A stretch of DNA of 64,000 nucleotides from Octopus sinensis (GCF_006345805.1 NC_043017.1:3348001-3412000), one strand, 5' to 3'; positions 1 through 12,248 are shown, counted from the first letter of the stretch. The notes: a model not told the origin generated them from the letters alone. A program made the numbers and translations.

Positions 1-42
1 TTCCAAACATCATGGTCCACCAAGCACACCATTATTCTGTAC

Positions 43-157
43 ATAGGAGTGGCTGTGTGTTAAGTAGCTTGCTTATGAACCACATGGTTCCGGGTTCAGC
101 TCCACTGTGTGGCACCTTGGGCAAGTGTCTTCTACTATAGCCTCGGGCCGACCAAAG
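43..157 (+). mobile_element. SINE family A, 5' part, interrupting the transposase remnant
   Basis: ATAGGAGTGGCTGTGTG A-box head and GGTTCAGCTCC B-box-like motif; same sequence recurs about 30 times in the window. Confidence 0.85.
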
Positions 158-590
158 GAGTTGGATGGAGTACAGCTTTTTTGTCATCGGCACTGATCCA
201 TTTACCTTGAACTTTGGTGATTTTGAACCATTCTCCTAATGACTCAAATTTTCCTTTCTTGGCGCATTTATCATACGAATCAAGCACATGTTGAAGCCTA
301 AACCATTTTGCTTGCTCGGAAATGACTGTAGAATTCAGTTTGTCGCTCCACAGTAGTCTCACCTCTCTTGATAATTCCACCGCTCTCTCCTTTCCGCCTT
401 TAAGTGATTTCCCAAGAAGCTGGTACTGACCAACAATCTGCTCCTTGAGCGGCATTCAGCTTCTGCTGGCCAATGAGGCTTCTTCTACAAGTACATGACC
501 TCTAGGTGAATGGGACTGGAACTGCACCAAATTTCTCCTCCGTTTCTCCTTGTTCTTCTGAATGACTTCAAAGGTTTTCTTGAATGACAT
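152..590 (-). pseudogene. DNA transposase N-terminal remnant, hAT-like (hATm-type is a guess)
   Basis: One frame from ATG 590: MSFKKTFEVIQKNKEKRRRNL...ASRS*MPLKEQIVGQYQLL...VRLLWSDKLN...KITKVQGKWISADDKK, with a single in-frame TGA at 456-458. Non-repetitive, protein-like. Possible TAGGG-type element end near 953. Confidence 0.45.
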
Positions 591-963
591 ACCACAAGCA
601 GTGATGCAGAACTCACACTGAAACCAGAACAACAAAAGCGAAAGTGAAAGAAGAACTTAATTGCTTCATGACCAAGCATTTATTACTTAGTCTGAAATGA
701 CACAGCAATACAATCTAATCACCACCTACGTCTTATAAATGCTTAGAATTTATTGAAAGCCAAGAGCATTGTGCAGCCTTGCCTATATTCAAACAAGTTT
801 TGAATAAGACTACAAACATGGGCCCATGGATGAACTTTTCTAAAGAAAGTTCAAAAGTGAGTTCACTTTAGTTACTTATGCATAAAAGCTCGTCTGAATA
901 TGACACAGGAAATTGTTTTTGAAGGAAAAAAAATTAACAAGTTTTTATCCCTAGTAAATATTT

Positions 964-1088
964 TCTTTTACTCTTTTACTTGTTTCAGTCATTTGGCTGC
1001 GGCCATGCTGGAGCACCGCTTTTAGTCAAACAAATTGACCCCAGGACTTATTCTTTGTAAGCCTGGTACTTTTGCCGAACTGCTAACA
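964..1088 (-). mobile_element. SINE family A, 3' part
   Basis: Reverse of the GCTCCAGCATGGCCGCAG...AAACAAGTAAAAGAGTAAA tail. Confidence 0.8.
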
Positions 1089-1529
1089 TTTCCCAGCCTC
1101 TTCTTTTTGTTCTTTCTTAGTGTAAAAGAAAATAAGTACACCTGTGTCATTTTGAACAAATTTTCCTACCGCAACATCCTGATTCACCCCCGACATCCCT
1201 TTATCCCTTTCCAATCAAGAATACATCTCACGTCTGATTTCTTGACACAAATCTCTGGCAAATTACCTGCTTCTATCTTATCTCTTCACCAGGTAAATTT
1301 GTTACCTAGCTTCTTCTTTTAGTTACCTGATATTGTCCCTTTTCTTCCATTCTTTCTAAGCCTGTTTCTTTTTGTTGGTTTTTTTTTAGTTTTTATGGCT
1401 CTGTCTGAAGTAACATTTCACCATCATGTTACTTTTTGTCTGGCTAGAACCTTGCTCCAGCCTTTATTTTGTGGTCACTAATCCTTTCTCCCATAGGTAC
1501 AAGGACTGAAATTTAGAAGAATGAGATGA

Positions 1530-1697
1530 GCCGATTACATCAACCCCAGTACACCACTGATACGTATTTTATCAACCTCAAAATGATAAAAAGGTAAAGT
1601 CGACCTCAGTGGAATTTGAACTCAGAACCTAAGGACACACAAAATGCTGCTAAGCATTTTTCTCCACATGTTAATAATTCAGCCAGCTCGCGGCCTT
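1530..1697 (-). mobile_element. SINE family B, diverged
   Basis: Reverse of GAGCTGGC...TTCTGAGTTCAAATTCC..GAGGTCGACTTT core. Confidence 0.75.
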
Positions 1698-2225
1698 TAT
1701 GAGGTTACTAAGCAATAGCTTATGTCAAATACTACATTTTTCACAAAGACGAGACATGTTATTGACAACTACCAGTATATCCTGTTTCCTAACAAGTATG
1801 AAGTTTACCTGGCTTGAATATGAATAAATAATTGGTTGGTTGGTTGGTTGGTTTCATGAAGATCCTGTTGCAGGTGGTTAGCTTATTTGTGTCACAGAAC
1901 TAAAGAACACCTTGATTCATGCTCATTTCCCAAACCATTTCCACAGGCAGCAAGTATACAGGAACAGCTGTTAAGGTGTTATTCGATATACGCACACCTG
2001 GTGAGATAGTGTTGGCACTGCAGCAGAAATGTTAAGACCAATCCTTTTGGTGATGTAAAACACTCATGGCAGTGTCACATAAAAGTGCCTGCGTAGTGAC
2101 ACGTAAAAGCATTCACGCTAAGGCAGACATTCACCACTTATTGAACTTACTCCTAAGAGTGCTGTGTTCGTGTTTGGTGACCTGCGTATTTTCAAGGAGA
2201 GCATAATTGAACAAACCAATTTTAA

Positions 2226-2389
2226 CAATGGCGAAAGAGTCAGCAGAAGTTCGCCGTTATCTTCTGCCGGAGTCACGTGGAGCTTAGGTGTTTTCGCTCA
2301 TAAACACACACATCGCCCGGTCTGAGATTCGAACCCGCGATCCCTCAACCGCGAATCCGCTTATCTAACCACTAGGCCATGTGCTTCCA
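2226..2389 (-). mobile_element. SINE family D, 5' part
   Basis: tRNA-like head GGCCTAGTGGTTAGA...GGGTTCGAATCTCAGACCGGG plus shared central domain. Confidence 0.8.
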
Positions 2390-3019
2390 TAAACATTCTG
2401 TGTACAACCAGCCTACAAATGTTGGACGCTAACTGGGACCAACGGCTTGTCTATCTCTTACAGCCCAAACCAAATATGATGTGAATTGGGTGCTGCCCTG
2501 CCTATAAATATATGCCCTTTCTCTTGGTCTCTCATTCACACACACACACATACATTATGAGAGGCTTCCATACAATTTCCATCAACCAAACTAACTCAAA
2601 AGGCATTAGTTGGCCTAGGTCCACAGTAGGAGACACTTGCCAAAGGCACCATGTAATAGGGTTCAATTCAAAGCAATATAACTGCAAAGTACTACAATGA
2701 ATTTAGACGTGTCCAGTCTATAAACCCCAAAACTATCAAATCAGGGCTTGTGAACTGACAATCTATTGTACATGTGCTTGTGTGTGTGTGTGTGCATGCG
2801 TGCATGCGTGTTGTGGTGAGGAACTGGTGGTGAACTTGTGGGTCCTCATGATATTTTATTGTACCTGAGTTGTGGCCTTCTGCTATGGTGGATTAAACAA
2901 ATCAATTCAAATTCAAAGAGATTATTGAAATAAATACTGGAGAAAGTAATGACGTCAACATAATCAATAATCAATAACTACTGATCAACAGAAACCAGTA
3001 AAATAATAAAAGAATAATA

Positions 3020-3088
3020 GTTGTAGTAGTTTTTATTATCATCATCATCATTATTATTATTATTATTATTATTACTATTATCATAATA

Positions 3089-3139
<51 letters not shown>

Positions 3140-3146
3140 ATTATTA

Positions 3147-3180
<34 letters not shown>
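3020..3180. repeat. (TAT/CAT)n microsatellite
   Basis: Direct reading. Confidence 0.95.
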
Positions 3181-3181
<1 letters not shown>

Positions 3182-3324
3182 TCTGCCAAGGTCAGCTTTG
3201 CCTCTCATCCTTTTGGGATCTATAAATTAAGTACAAGTGAAACACAGGGGTCAACGTAATCGACTAGTCTCCTCCCCCCAAATTTCGGGCCTTGTACCTA
3301 TAGTAAGAAGAATTATTATTATTA

Positions 3325-3722
3325 TTATTATTGAGAGAGCAGCACATGTTCTGATGAGAATATAACAGGCACATGCATCACAGTCACATGTGTGCAACAT
3401 GGTGACCTCATATCAAGATAAACAGCACATGACCTTGCAGGTGGGGCCCTGTTAGAATTTTTCTTCAAGTCAAATAGCTCATCCCACTCAAAAAGTCCCT
3501 GAATAAGGTTTGTTTAAGAATGATGAATAAGACACTCATGTTTCCAGAAGTGAATTATTCAAAGCCCAAAGAATTCCTCTTAACACATTGCTATGATGCT
3601 CCCCCACAATTTCTGCTCGTGATCAGAGATGCACATATCGTCAGCCACCAGGGGACAGGTTCAACTGGTTAAGGTCAAACAAGTGACAAGCAAATCTGTG
3701 ATATTAAGCAGAATATTTGCTG
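3325..3722 (-). mobile_element. Interspersed repeat, probably a non-LTR retrotransposon 3' fragment with (TAA)n tail
   Basis: Complex sequence abutting a (TTA)n tract; recalled as a common octopus repeat, no second copy in this window. Confidence 0.35.
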
Positions 3723-3863
3723 TACACACACACACATACATAGTACATACATACATACATACATAGATACATACATACACACATACATACATACATACAT
3801 ACATACATACATACATACATACATACGTACGTACGTACGTACGTACATACATACATACATACA

Positions 3864-3924
<61 letters not shown>

Positions 3925-3925
3925 T
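3720..3925. repeat. (ATAC)n microsatellite
   Basis: Direct reading. Confidence 0.95.
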
Positions 3926-4080
3926 GACAGGCTTCTTTCAGTTTCCGTCTACTAAATCCACCCACAAGGCTTTGGTCAGTTCGAGGCTATAGTTACAAGA
4001 TACATGCCCAAGGTGCTATACAGTAGGACTGAACCCAGCACCATGTGGTTGCGAATCAAACTTCTTACCACACAGCCACA
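3920..4080 (-). mobile_element. SINE family A, 5' part
   Basis: Matches family A head and body. Confidence 0.8.
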
Positions 4081-4643
4081 CTATCTTATGTGGACCCCCA
4101 ACAGTCAAGTGGACCCCCAATATCAAGTGGATCCCAGTTGAGAACCACTGCTGAAGAGGAACAGACTCATCCAACCTATGCCAGCATGGAAAACTGAATG
4201 TAAAATAAAGACATCTACCTACGCCTCAACATTTTGGGTCATTGGCATTTAGCTACGCACCAGAGGAGATATATATAAGTACAGTGCTACTGCACTAAAC
4301 ATCTGACCAAGCAGTAACAGCTTTGTTACACACCATGATAATCTACTCAAAAGCAGTAGAAGTGCTAAGAAAGAGAAGGAGGTGAGGTGGGGGGTGAAAG
4401 AGAGAAAGTGAGAGACTTAAGTAGCTTGTACAACCAGTCAAACTTTTCTCAAATAAAGCCCACACACTATAAAGAGAGAACAGGTTAGTTAATGTAATCC
4501 TAGGTATTTTTCTACCAAATCCACTAAACCACTGACTAGCTTTGGTGGACCCAGAGCTACTGTAGAAGGTATCACATGGCACCCTGAAGCCACAAGGTTA
4601 ACAGATGAACTTCTTAACCACACAGCCATTTCTATGTGTTGTA

Positions 4644-4802
4644 TAAAAGGGACAGCTGAAAAGTTCCCCTCTCAGATTCACATGTTTACTGCAGCGGTCC
4701 TTCAGTTTTTCTAAGCCCTGTAAACGAACCCAGAAAGTTGGGCCTCCAACCAGGCCTTTCGTAATACTCTTAAAGCCGGGAACTTTTCAGCTTCACTTCA
4801 TA
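4644..4802 (-). mobile_element. Mariner-derived MITE, internally deleted
   Basis: Inverted ends GCTGAAAAGTTCCC / GGGAACTTTTCAGC; interior matches the 58362-58583 element. Confidence 0.75.
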
Positions 4803-5040
4803 TATCTCTGTATAATTGTTCTGTCGCTAACTTTAGATATCTTATCATTCTGTCATTTCAGGATTAAAGTCAAGACAGTAAAACACTACCCCCTACTCTC
4901 TCCGACATTCTGTAGATTAAGTAGCGATGGCATTTTTTAGATACCAAAGTTTAGCAGCACATGAGTCATGATTAAACAGGAATACAACGAAGCTGTGACC
5001 ATCTGTAGTGTGTGCGCGATTCGAATATAAAGGCACCTAC

Positions 5041-5220
5041 CTTCTCTTCACTCCGATGGAGACCCTTCAGTGGTAACGGATCCTTCGACACAGCCCCGAC
5101 CCAAACGCTAAAGATAGCAGCTGCTTCACCCAACCTTGGCAACGTCTTCCCCCGTCTTGACGTGTCGACGACCCTGGTTCGAAAGGCAGAAATCGCCGCT
5201 CACTGCACGCGCCTCACAAC
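5041..5220 (-). other. Putative non-coding first exon of a minus-strand gene
   Basis: GC/CpG-rich unique sequence directly downstream of the promoter motifs, ending at donor AG|GTAGGT (intron starts 5040); no ATG in this segment. Confidence 0.4.
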
Positions 5221-5226
5221 TGCCCC

Positions 5227-5289
5227 CTTCCGGTCAGCCCCAACTTCCGGTCAGCTCACCCAGCTGCTGACGTCATCCAACGCCATCTT
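5227..5289. promoter_or_regulatory. Housekeeping-type TATA-less promoter: ETS x2, CRE, YY1
   Basis: CTTCCGGTCAGC at 5227-5238 and 5244-5255 (CCGGAAG cores), TGACGTCA 5268-5275, CGCCATCTT 5281-5289, within a CpG-rich patch in otherwise CpG-poor DNA. Confidence 0.6.
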
Positions 5290-5337
5290 GTCTTTTTCCT
5301 AAGTAGTTGGAACTCAGGGTTTTATCATTGTTCAGTC

Positions 5338-5724
5338 ACTTTTACTCTCTTACTTGTTTCAGTCATTTGACTGTAGCCATGCAGTAGCACCACCTTTTAG
5401 TTGAGCAAATCGAACCCAGGACTTATTCTCTGTAAGCCTACTACTTATTCTATTGGTCTCTTTTGCTGAACCGCTAAGTTATGGGGACGTAAACACACCA
5501 GCATCAGTTGTCAAGCGATGTTGGATAGGGAGAAGCACAGACACACAAACATATACACACACATACATATACTTGTACATATATACAACAGGATTCTTTC
5601 AGTTTCCGTCTACCAAATCCACTCACGAGGCTTTGGTCAGCCCGAGGCTATAGTAGAAGACACTTGCCCAAGGTGCCACACAGTGGGACTGAATCCGGAA
5701 CCATGTGGCTCGTAAGCAAGCTAC
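5338..5724 (-). mobile_element. SINE family A, near full length
   Basis: Body, internal (TA)(TG) tract and tail all present. Confidence 0.9.
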
Positions 5725-6185
5725 TAAAATTAATAGACAAATCTTTCTAAAATCATGCTTCATCACTTCAAAATAATTAAAAAAAAAATATGTTACATAT
5801 CATGCAAATAAAATATGCAAATCATCATGTCAGATCCTGCTGTATTTGGCACAAATATTGATTTATCAGTCGACAGATAGAAGCATTGATGAGCAAACAA
5901 TTTTGATCAATGAACTTATAAAATAAAAGCAGGTTTTGCTTAGGTTTAAAGCCCTGAGTACTTCTGGCTGACATGACACGACATGCTGAAACACTGCTGT
6001 CCTAGAATCCTTTGCACCAATAAACCTAGTGTGTTACAAGCACACTGTCATTGTGAAAGGGAGAAGTTGTACTGTGACATACACAACAGTGATCAGCATA
6101 TTTGCATTTGAATCTTCTAAAACATATAAAGAATAAATATGCAAACTCTCAGTACTATAGATGTAAGTGTCCCAATATATAAAAA

Positions 6186-6485
6186 TATTGGGTTGTCCGG
6201 AAAGTTCGCGCCGATTTTTAAAGGAAAGAAAAAGGTCAATAAATACTTGCCATTACATTTTTAATCAACCAAATATGAACCATTTTGTTGCACAATGCAT
6301 GTCCATCTTTCTTTTTACTTGAAAATACCCTCTTCCCAGAATTGAGGTGATTTCATAGCAAAGAATTCATCAAGGTATCTTTTTACGTCATCCAAGGAAT
6401 TGAAATTTTTACCATTAAGACTATTCTGCAGAGACCTGAATAAGCGGAAATCCGAAGGAGCAATATCTGGTGAATATGATTTGGG
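6186..6485 (-). pseudogene. Mariner transposase C-terminal remnant with right TIR
   Basis: YSPDIAPSDFRLFRSLQNSLNGKNF...FK*KERWTCIVQQNGSYLVD* (YSPDLAPSD motif); end TA-TTGGGTTGTCCGGAAAGTTCG at 6186. Confidence 0.9.
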
Positions 6486-7137
6486 AGATGGGGGCCTTCT
6501 TTCAAGGAAACATATAATGCCATGCAGCTAAATCCAAGAAGAGGCCACAACTTGAGGAAATCAGGATCTTGTGTTACACATCAGGCCCTGACCTGGAAGC
6601 CTCAAGACAGGTAGACAAGAAGATGGCCTAGAAAAAAAATATATAGCTGGACGTGGGATACTGAGGCACAGCCAAAAAAGCAGGGCTCTAACAGAAGGCA
6701 GGCAGAAAAGACAATCCAGAGATTTAAACACTGGAGAATTCAATGAAAGCCTATGATCCGTAGGAAATAAAGGGCTAAAGGAGGAATTGCTTAGCACCGG
6801 GTTTCATATGCTTGAAACCCAGGACCTCATTATCCAGTGTTATCATTTATTTTCTCTATGACACTATGGTGTCATTTAAAGAAGATTTGGCTGTTGTATC
6901 AAGTAGATCAAGGAGATCACATAATTATTCTATCATTAGCTTATGGCAACAACTGTTGTCAATACTAGGGTCAAGGTACATTCCAGAAAGGGGTACTTAC
7001 GTAAGCAACAATGGCTACAGTGGTTGTGGTAGTAGAAGTTTTTTCATTGTTGTTCTTATTGGACTTACAAACACACACACACAAACACACATACTCTCTC
7101 TCACAATATATATATACGCACACGCACACATATATAC

Positions 7138-7169
<32 letters not shown>

Positions 7170-7398
7170 CTTTACTGCCCACCAGGGGCTAAACATAAAG
7201 GGGACAAACAAGGACAGACAAACGGATTAAGTCGATTACATCGACGCAAGTGTGAAACTGGTACTTTATTTATCGACCTCGAAAGGATGAAAGGCAAAGT
7301 CGACCTCGGCGGAATTTGAACTCAGAACGTAATGACAGACAAAATACCGCTAAGCATTTCGCCCGGCATGTTAACATTTCTGCCAGCTCGCCGCCTTC
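7170..7398 (-). mobile_element. SINE family B, full length
   Basis: Head GGCGGCGAGCTGGCAGAA through tail AGCCCCT..GTGGGCAGTAAAGA. Confidence 0.9.
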
Positions 7399-7431
<33 letters not shown>

Positions 7432-7771
7432 GCAGATATACACACAGACACACATATGCACGTGGACATTCATATCTGCATGCATGCTCACACATACAAA
7501 GACAAAAATACAAAAATACACACAAATATATTAAGAATAACTTGAATTGACACACTATTATAGGACAAGAACATTTGTGCATATCTATATTACACACAAA
7601 CACACACACACACTCATACACACAACTCATACACACACTCATACACACACACACACACACACATTTATATAATTATACCCCAACATAAGTAGCTATATGA
7701 TAACATTATCAAATTATCAAATGATTATTCAGCTTTACTTTGAAATAATACTATATAAATATATATAAATA

Positions 7772-8200
7772 TATAGGAGTGGCTGTGTGGTAAGTAGCTT
7801 GCTTACCAACCACATGGTTCCGGGTTCAGTCTCACTGCGTAGCACCTCGAGCAAGTGTCTTCTACTATAGCCTCGAGCTAACCAAAGCCTTGTGAGTGGA
7901 TTTGGTAGACGGAAACTGAAAGAAGCCCGTCGTATATATGTATATATATATATGTGTGTGTGTGTGTGTATGTTTGTGTGTCTGTGTTTGTCCCTCCAGC
8001 ATCGCTTGACAACCGATGCTGGTGTGCCGTTACGTTCTGAGTTCAAATTCTGCCGAGGTCGACTTTGCCTTTCATCCTTTCGAGGTCGATAAATTAAGTA
8101 CCAGTTATGCACTGGGGTCAATGTAATTGACTTAATCCGTTTGTCTGTCCTTGTTTGTCCCCTCTGAGTTTAGCCCCTTGTGGGCAGAAAAGAAATAGGT
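7772..8200 (+). mobile_element. SINE A (7772-8025) fused to SINE B 3' part (8028-8200)
   Basis: A body switches to B core at GCTGGTGT|GCCGTTACGTTCTGAG. Confidence 0.85.
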
Positions 8201-9050
8201 ATTAACTAACCCCTTCTCCTCAGAATTGTTGGCCTCGTGTCTGAATCAGAAATCATATTATCAAATAATAATACAGTAATCTTATTACTTTGTACGTGTG
8301 TGTGTGTCTGTGGGGCGGGGCATACATGTATACTAATATGTAAGATTATACGCATATATTTATTGTATATACTTCTGGATATGTCATAATCTTTCATTCA
8401 AAAAAAATGGAGCATGAAAAATATGCTTGTATTAGGTTTGATATTTGAAGCATGTACAAACACACACAATTTCTCTCTCTCTCACACATACACACACACA
8501 ATGCGTGCACACATATTTGTGGACACATGCACTCACACCCAAGCATGCAGTTGAATATGTAATGTAGGTTAGCTACAATCCATTGAGTATGGCTATTTTA
8601 AATAGACCTAAATTGATGATCATCACATACAAAACGAAACATAACTGACCTGAGAAAAATCAATTTTTTTCTACGAAGCAAACAACATCTGTAAAAAACA
8701 TACATTATATCTCCTAGGTTTGCCTAGATTTTTCTCCAACATATGCACAGATATTTTAGTAAGAGTGTTGAAATAATTCCCGATTTTGTAGGCATAAGCA
8801 TGGATGCGTCGTGAAGAATCTCACTTTGCAACCATGTGGCATACAATTTGGTTCCTTTACACAGCATCTCAGGCAAGTGTCTTCTACACTTCTACAATAG
8901 CCCTGGTTTCGCCAATGCCTTGTGAGTGTGTAGCTTAATAGATGGAAACTGAGTGGAAGGGAATATTATTCCAAACTTACAGGGAAAAATTCAATTTCAC
9001 AGAATATAATATATAATATTATATATATTATATATTATATATATATATAT

Positions 9051-9226
9051 ATAGGCGCAGGAGTGGCTGTGTGGTAAGTAGCTTGTTTACCAACCACATG
9101 GTTCCGGGTTCAGTCCCACTGCGTGGCACCTTGGGCAAGTGTCTTCTACTATAGCCTTGGGCAAGTGTTTTCTACTAATCCTTGTGAGTGGACTTGGTAG
9201 ACGGAAACTGAAAGAAGCCCGTCGTA

Positions 9227-9276
<50 letters not shown>

Positions 9277-9490
9277 TGTGTGTGTTTGTCTCCCTAGCAT
9301 TGCTTGAAAACCGATGCTGGTGTGTTTGTGTCCCCGTTACTTAGCGGTTCTGCAAAAGAGACCGTTACAATAAGTACCGGGCTTACAAAAGAATAAGTCC
9401 CGGGGTCGAGTTGCTCGATTAAAAGTGGTGACCCAGCATGGCCGCAGTCAAATGACTGAAAGAAGTAAAAGAGTAAAGAGTAAAGAGTAA
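9051..9490 (+). mobile_element. SINE family A, full length, with small internal duplication
   Basis: Complete head to (AAGAGT)n tail; GCAAGTGT.TTCTACTA duplicated. Confidence 0.9.
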
Positions 9491-10086
9491 CATAAATTAG
9501 AAAATATGTACGACATTCATAAACAGGAATGGTAAGCGTTATATATATATATATACACACACACATATATACTTATATATCTACACACATATATATATAA
9601 ACAGAAATGGTAAGTGTTATATCAATGAACCAATAGAAACAAATAACTGACTCGTGATTCCGTTCCATTACATCTATTTGTAACAAGCTTCATTCACATC
9701 AGTTCATAATTGACTATTTCATTCTAACACAGGTTTATATTTCTCATTGTGCAAAACAAATATGGGTGGTTCTCTTATAAGATGGCTACAACCTTAATGA
9801 TCTTTAGAAGCTGTATATATTGTTGGTCAATAAGAAATAGCAATTTAAAAACAATCATTGATCTGTTTATCTATAGCTCCAAGATTTTGCTAAATGGTGT
9901 TAACAACAATCGGGATTAATTCAGCTGAATATGATTATTATATTTTAACTGAGGACGGTTTACATAATGGATGCATTTCTTATTGTATATTATGCAAACC
10001 TGAAATGTGCGTATTAAATGATTGCCAAATATCATTATTTGGTTAGACTTTATGATTTGGAGTAATTTTTTTTATGTATATACATA

Positions 10087-10263
10087 TATGCAGGCACAGG
10101 AGTGGCTGTGTGGTAAGTCACTTGCTTACCAACTGCCAACTGCATGGTTCTGGGTTCAGTCCCACCGCGTGACACTTTGGGCAAGTGTCTTCTTCTATAG
10201 CCTCGGGCTGATCAAAGCCTTGTGAGTGGATTTGGTAGACGGAAACTGAAAGAAGCCTGTCAT
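10087..10263 (+). mobile_element. SINE family A, 5' part
   Basis: Family A head and body. Confidence 0.85.
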
Positions 10264-10402
10264 ATATTGGTTAGATAAAATATAATTCCAGCATTTGTGA
10301 AATGGTTATTTTTGTCGAGATCAGAAATAAACTGACACAGAATTTCGACTGGTTCGAGTGTGAACCGAGAACACAAACTAGGAAGCTCTTTTCTTCAAAA
10401 CC

Positions 10403-10452
<50 letters not shown>

Positions 10453-10522
10453 ACACTTACACATATTCGTACATGCACACTAATGCACAGGCATACACAT
10501 GCATCCATACTTTGTTTTAATA

Positions 10523-10912
10523 ATAATGGAAGCACTCCGTCGGTTCCGACGACGAGGGTTCCGGTTGATCCGAATCAACGGAACAGCCTGCTCGTGAAAT
10601 TAACGTGTAAGTGGCTGAGCACTCCACAGACACGTGCACCCTTAATGTAGTTCTCGGGGATATTCAGCGTGACACAGAGAGTGACAAGGCCGGCCCTTTG
10701 AAATACAGGTACAACAGAAACAGGAAGTAAGAGTGAGAGAGAAAGTTGTGGTGAAAGGGTACAGCAGGGATCAGCACCATCCCCTGCCGGAGCCTCGTGG
10801 AGCTTTAGGTGTTTTCGCTCAATAAACACTCACAACGCCCAGTCTGGGAATCGAAACCGCGATCCTACGACCGCGAGTCCGCTGCCCTAACCACTGGGCC
10901 ATTGCGCCTCCA
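10523..10912 (-). mobile_element. SINE family C (tail type 1), full length, 17-bp TSD
   Basis: TSD CATACTTTGTTTTAATA at 10506-10522 and 10913-10929; tRNA-like head; (TTA)n tail. Confidence 0.92.
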
Positions 10913-11312
10913 CATACTTTGTTTTAATATCAAAGAACTAGATTTTTTAAAAACAAACTAGATTTTTAACAAAAGGTTTTTTGGTGGGGGGGGGGGGTCA
11001 ACTTGAATATTGTTTGTGTCGAAATTGATGAAAATGTACAATACAAACGTTTTGCGCACAAAGTTTGTCATTAATTCTAATCTTTTCCATGAAATATGTT
11101 TATGTAGTTGAATGGTGTGAGTGACCTACTTGTTGTTCAATAAATGTTTAATAAACGCTCTTGGCTCTGTTGAGCTTAGTATGACCACAAACTGAAACAA
11201 AAGGAACAAAGGTATACACGGTTGTTTCAAAAGTACTAATAGTTTCATATATATACCTACAGATGTTATATATATATATATATATATAAGTGCATATATA
11301 TATATATATATA

Positions 11313-11358
<46 letters not shown>

Positions 11359-11364
<6 letters not shown>

Positions 11365-11543
11365 GGCTAGTAAAATAAATTACTTTGCCACATACTGAAC
11401 TCATTAGAATATCAGCCAAAAAAGTTTTTTAGCTAATATTAAAGAAAAGTATTAGAAGTATTAGAAATAGCTAAAAACTTTTTTTGGCTGCTATTTCTAA
11501 TGAGTTCAGTATGTGGCAAGTATTTATTTTACTAAGCCCTTTA
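11359..11543. mobile_element. Foldback (palindromic) MITE in a TA tract
   Basis: Arms AAAGGGCT.AGTAAAATAAAT.ACTT.GCCACATACTGAACTCATTAGAA...TAGCTA and their reverse complement, about 75 bp each. Confidence 0.75.
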
Positions 11544-11645
11544 TATGTATATTTTTGAATTCGCCTAAAATGGTCCTTTTACATACTGAATACTTGGTGA
11601 ATATTAATAACTAATTATTTTACCCTCATTGTTGAAATTATATAT

Positions 11646-11692
<47 letters not shown>

Positions 11693-11807
11693 CATATATA
11701 TATATATATACAGATGTATGTCTATATATATATGTATATATATAATACACACACACATATATACTTATATATATACACACATATATCTATATACATATAT
11801 ATATATA

Positions 11808-12111
11808 TGGAGCGCAATGGCCTAGTCGTTAGGGCAGCGGACTCGCGTCGCAGGATCGCGGTTTCGATTCCCAGACCAGGCGTTGTGAGTGTTTATTGAG
11901 CGAAAACACCTAAAAGCTCCACCAGGCTCCGGCAGGGGGTGGTGATCCCTGCTGTACTCTTTCACCACCTTCTCTCTCTCTTTTCTTTTTCTGTTGGCCT
12001 GCTCGCTTAGCCAGCGGGGGGCGTCATCCGAAGGCTAAAACAATGTGAACGCATTGTGACCAGCGATGTATAACTACATCTGATGGACTGGTCGGTTACA
12101 TGATCACGTGA
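11808..12111 (+). mobile_element. SINE family C (tail type 2)
   Basis: C head and body, then a different tail ending GGTCGGTTACATGATCACGTGA. Confidence 0.8.
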
Positions 12112-12170
12112 CATATATATATATATACATATATATATATACACATATATATATACATATACAAACACAC

Positions 12171-12212
<42 letters not shown>

Positions 12213-12248
12213 GATATACATACAGATACAACTAAAATAATTCGGATT

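Noticed and set aside
8205-8280. Branch point plus acceptor suggesting an exon
   Set aside because: Lies in the SINE B tail extension
10860-10912. tRNA gene-like sequence in SINE heads
   Set aside because: A/B boxes present but no complete cloverleaf; continues into the SINE body
11130-11191. 62-nt minus-strand exon candidate (CAG| ... |GTAGGT)
   Set aside because: Good splice-like ends but no recognisable peptide or partner exon
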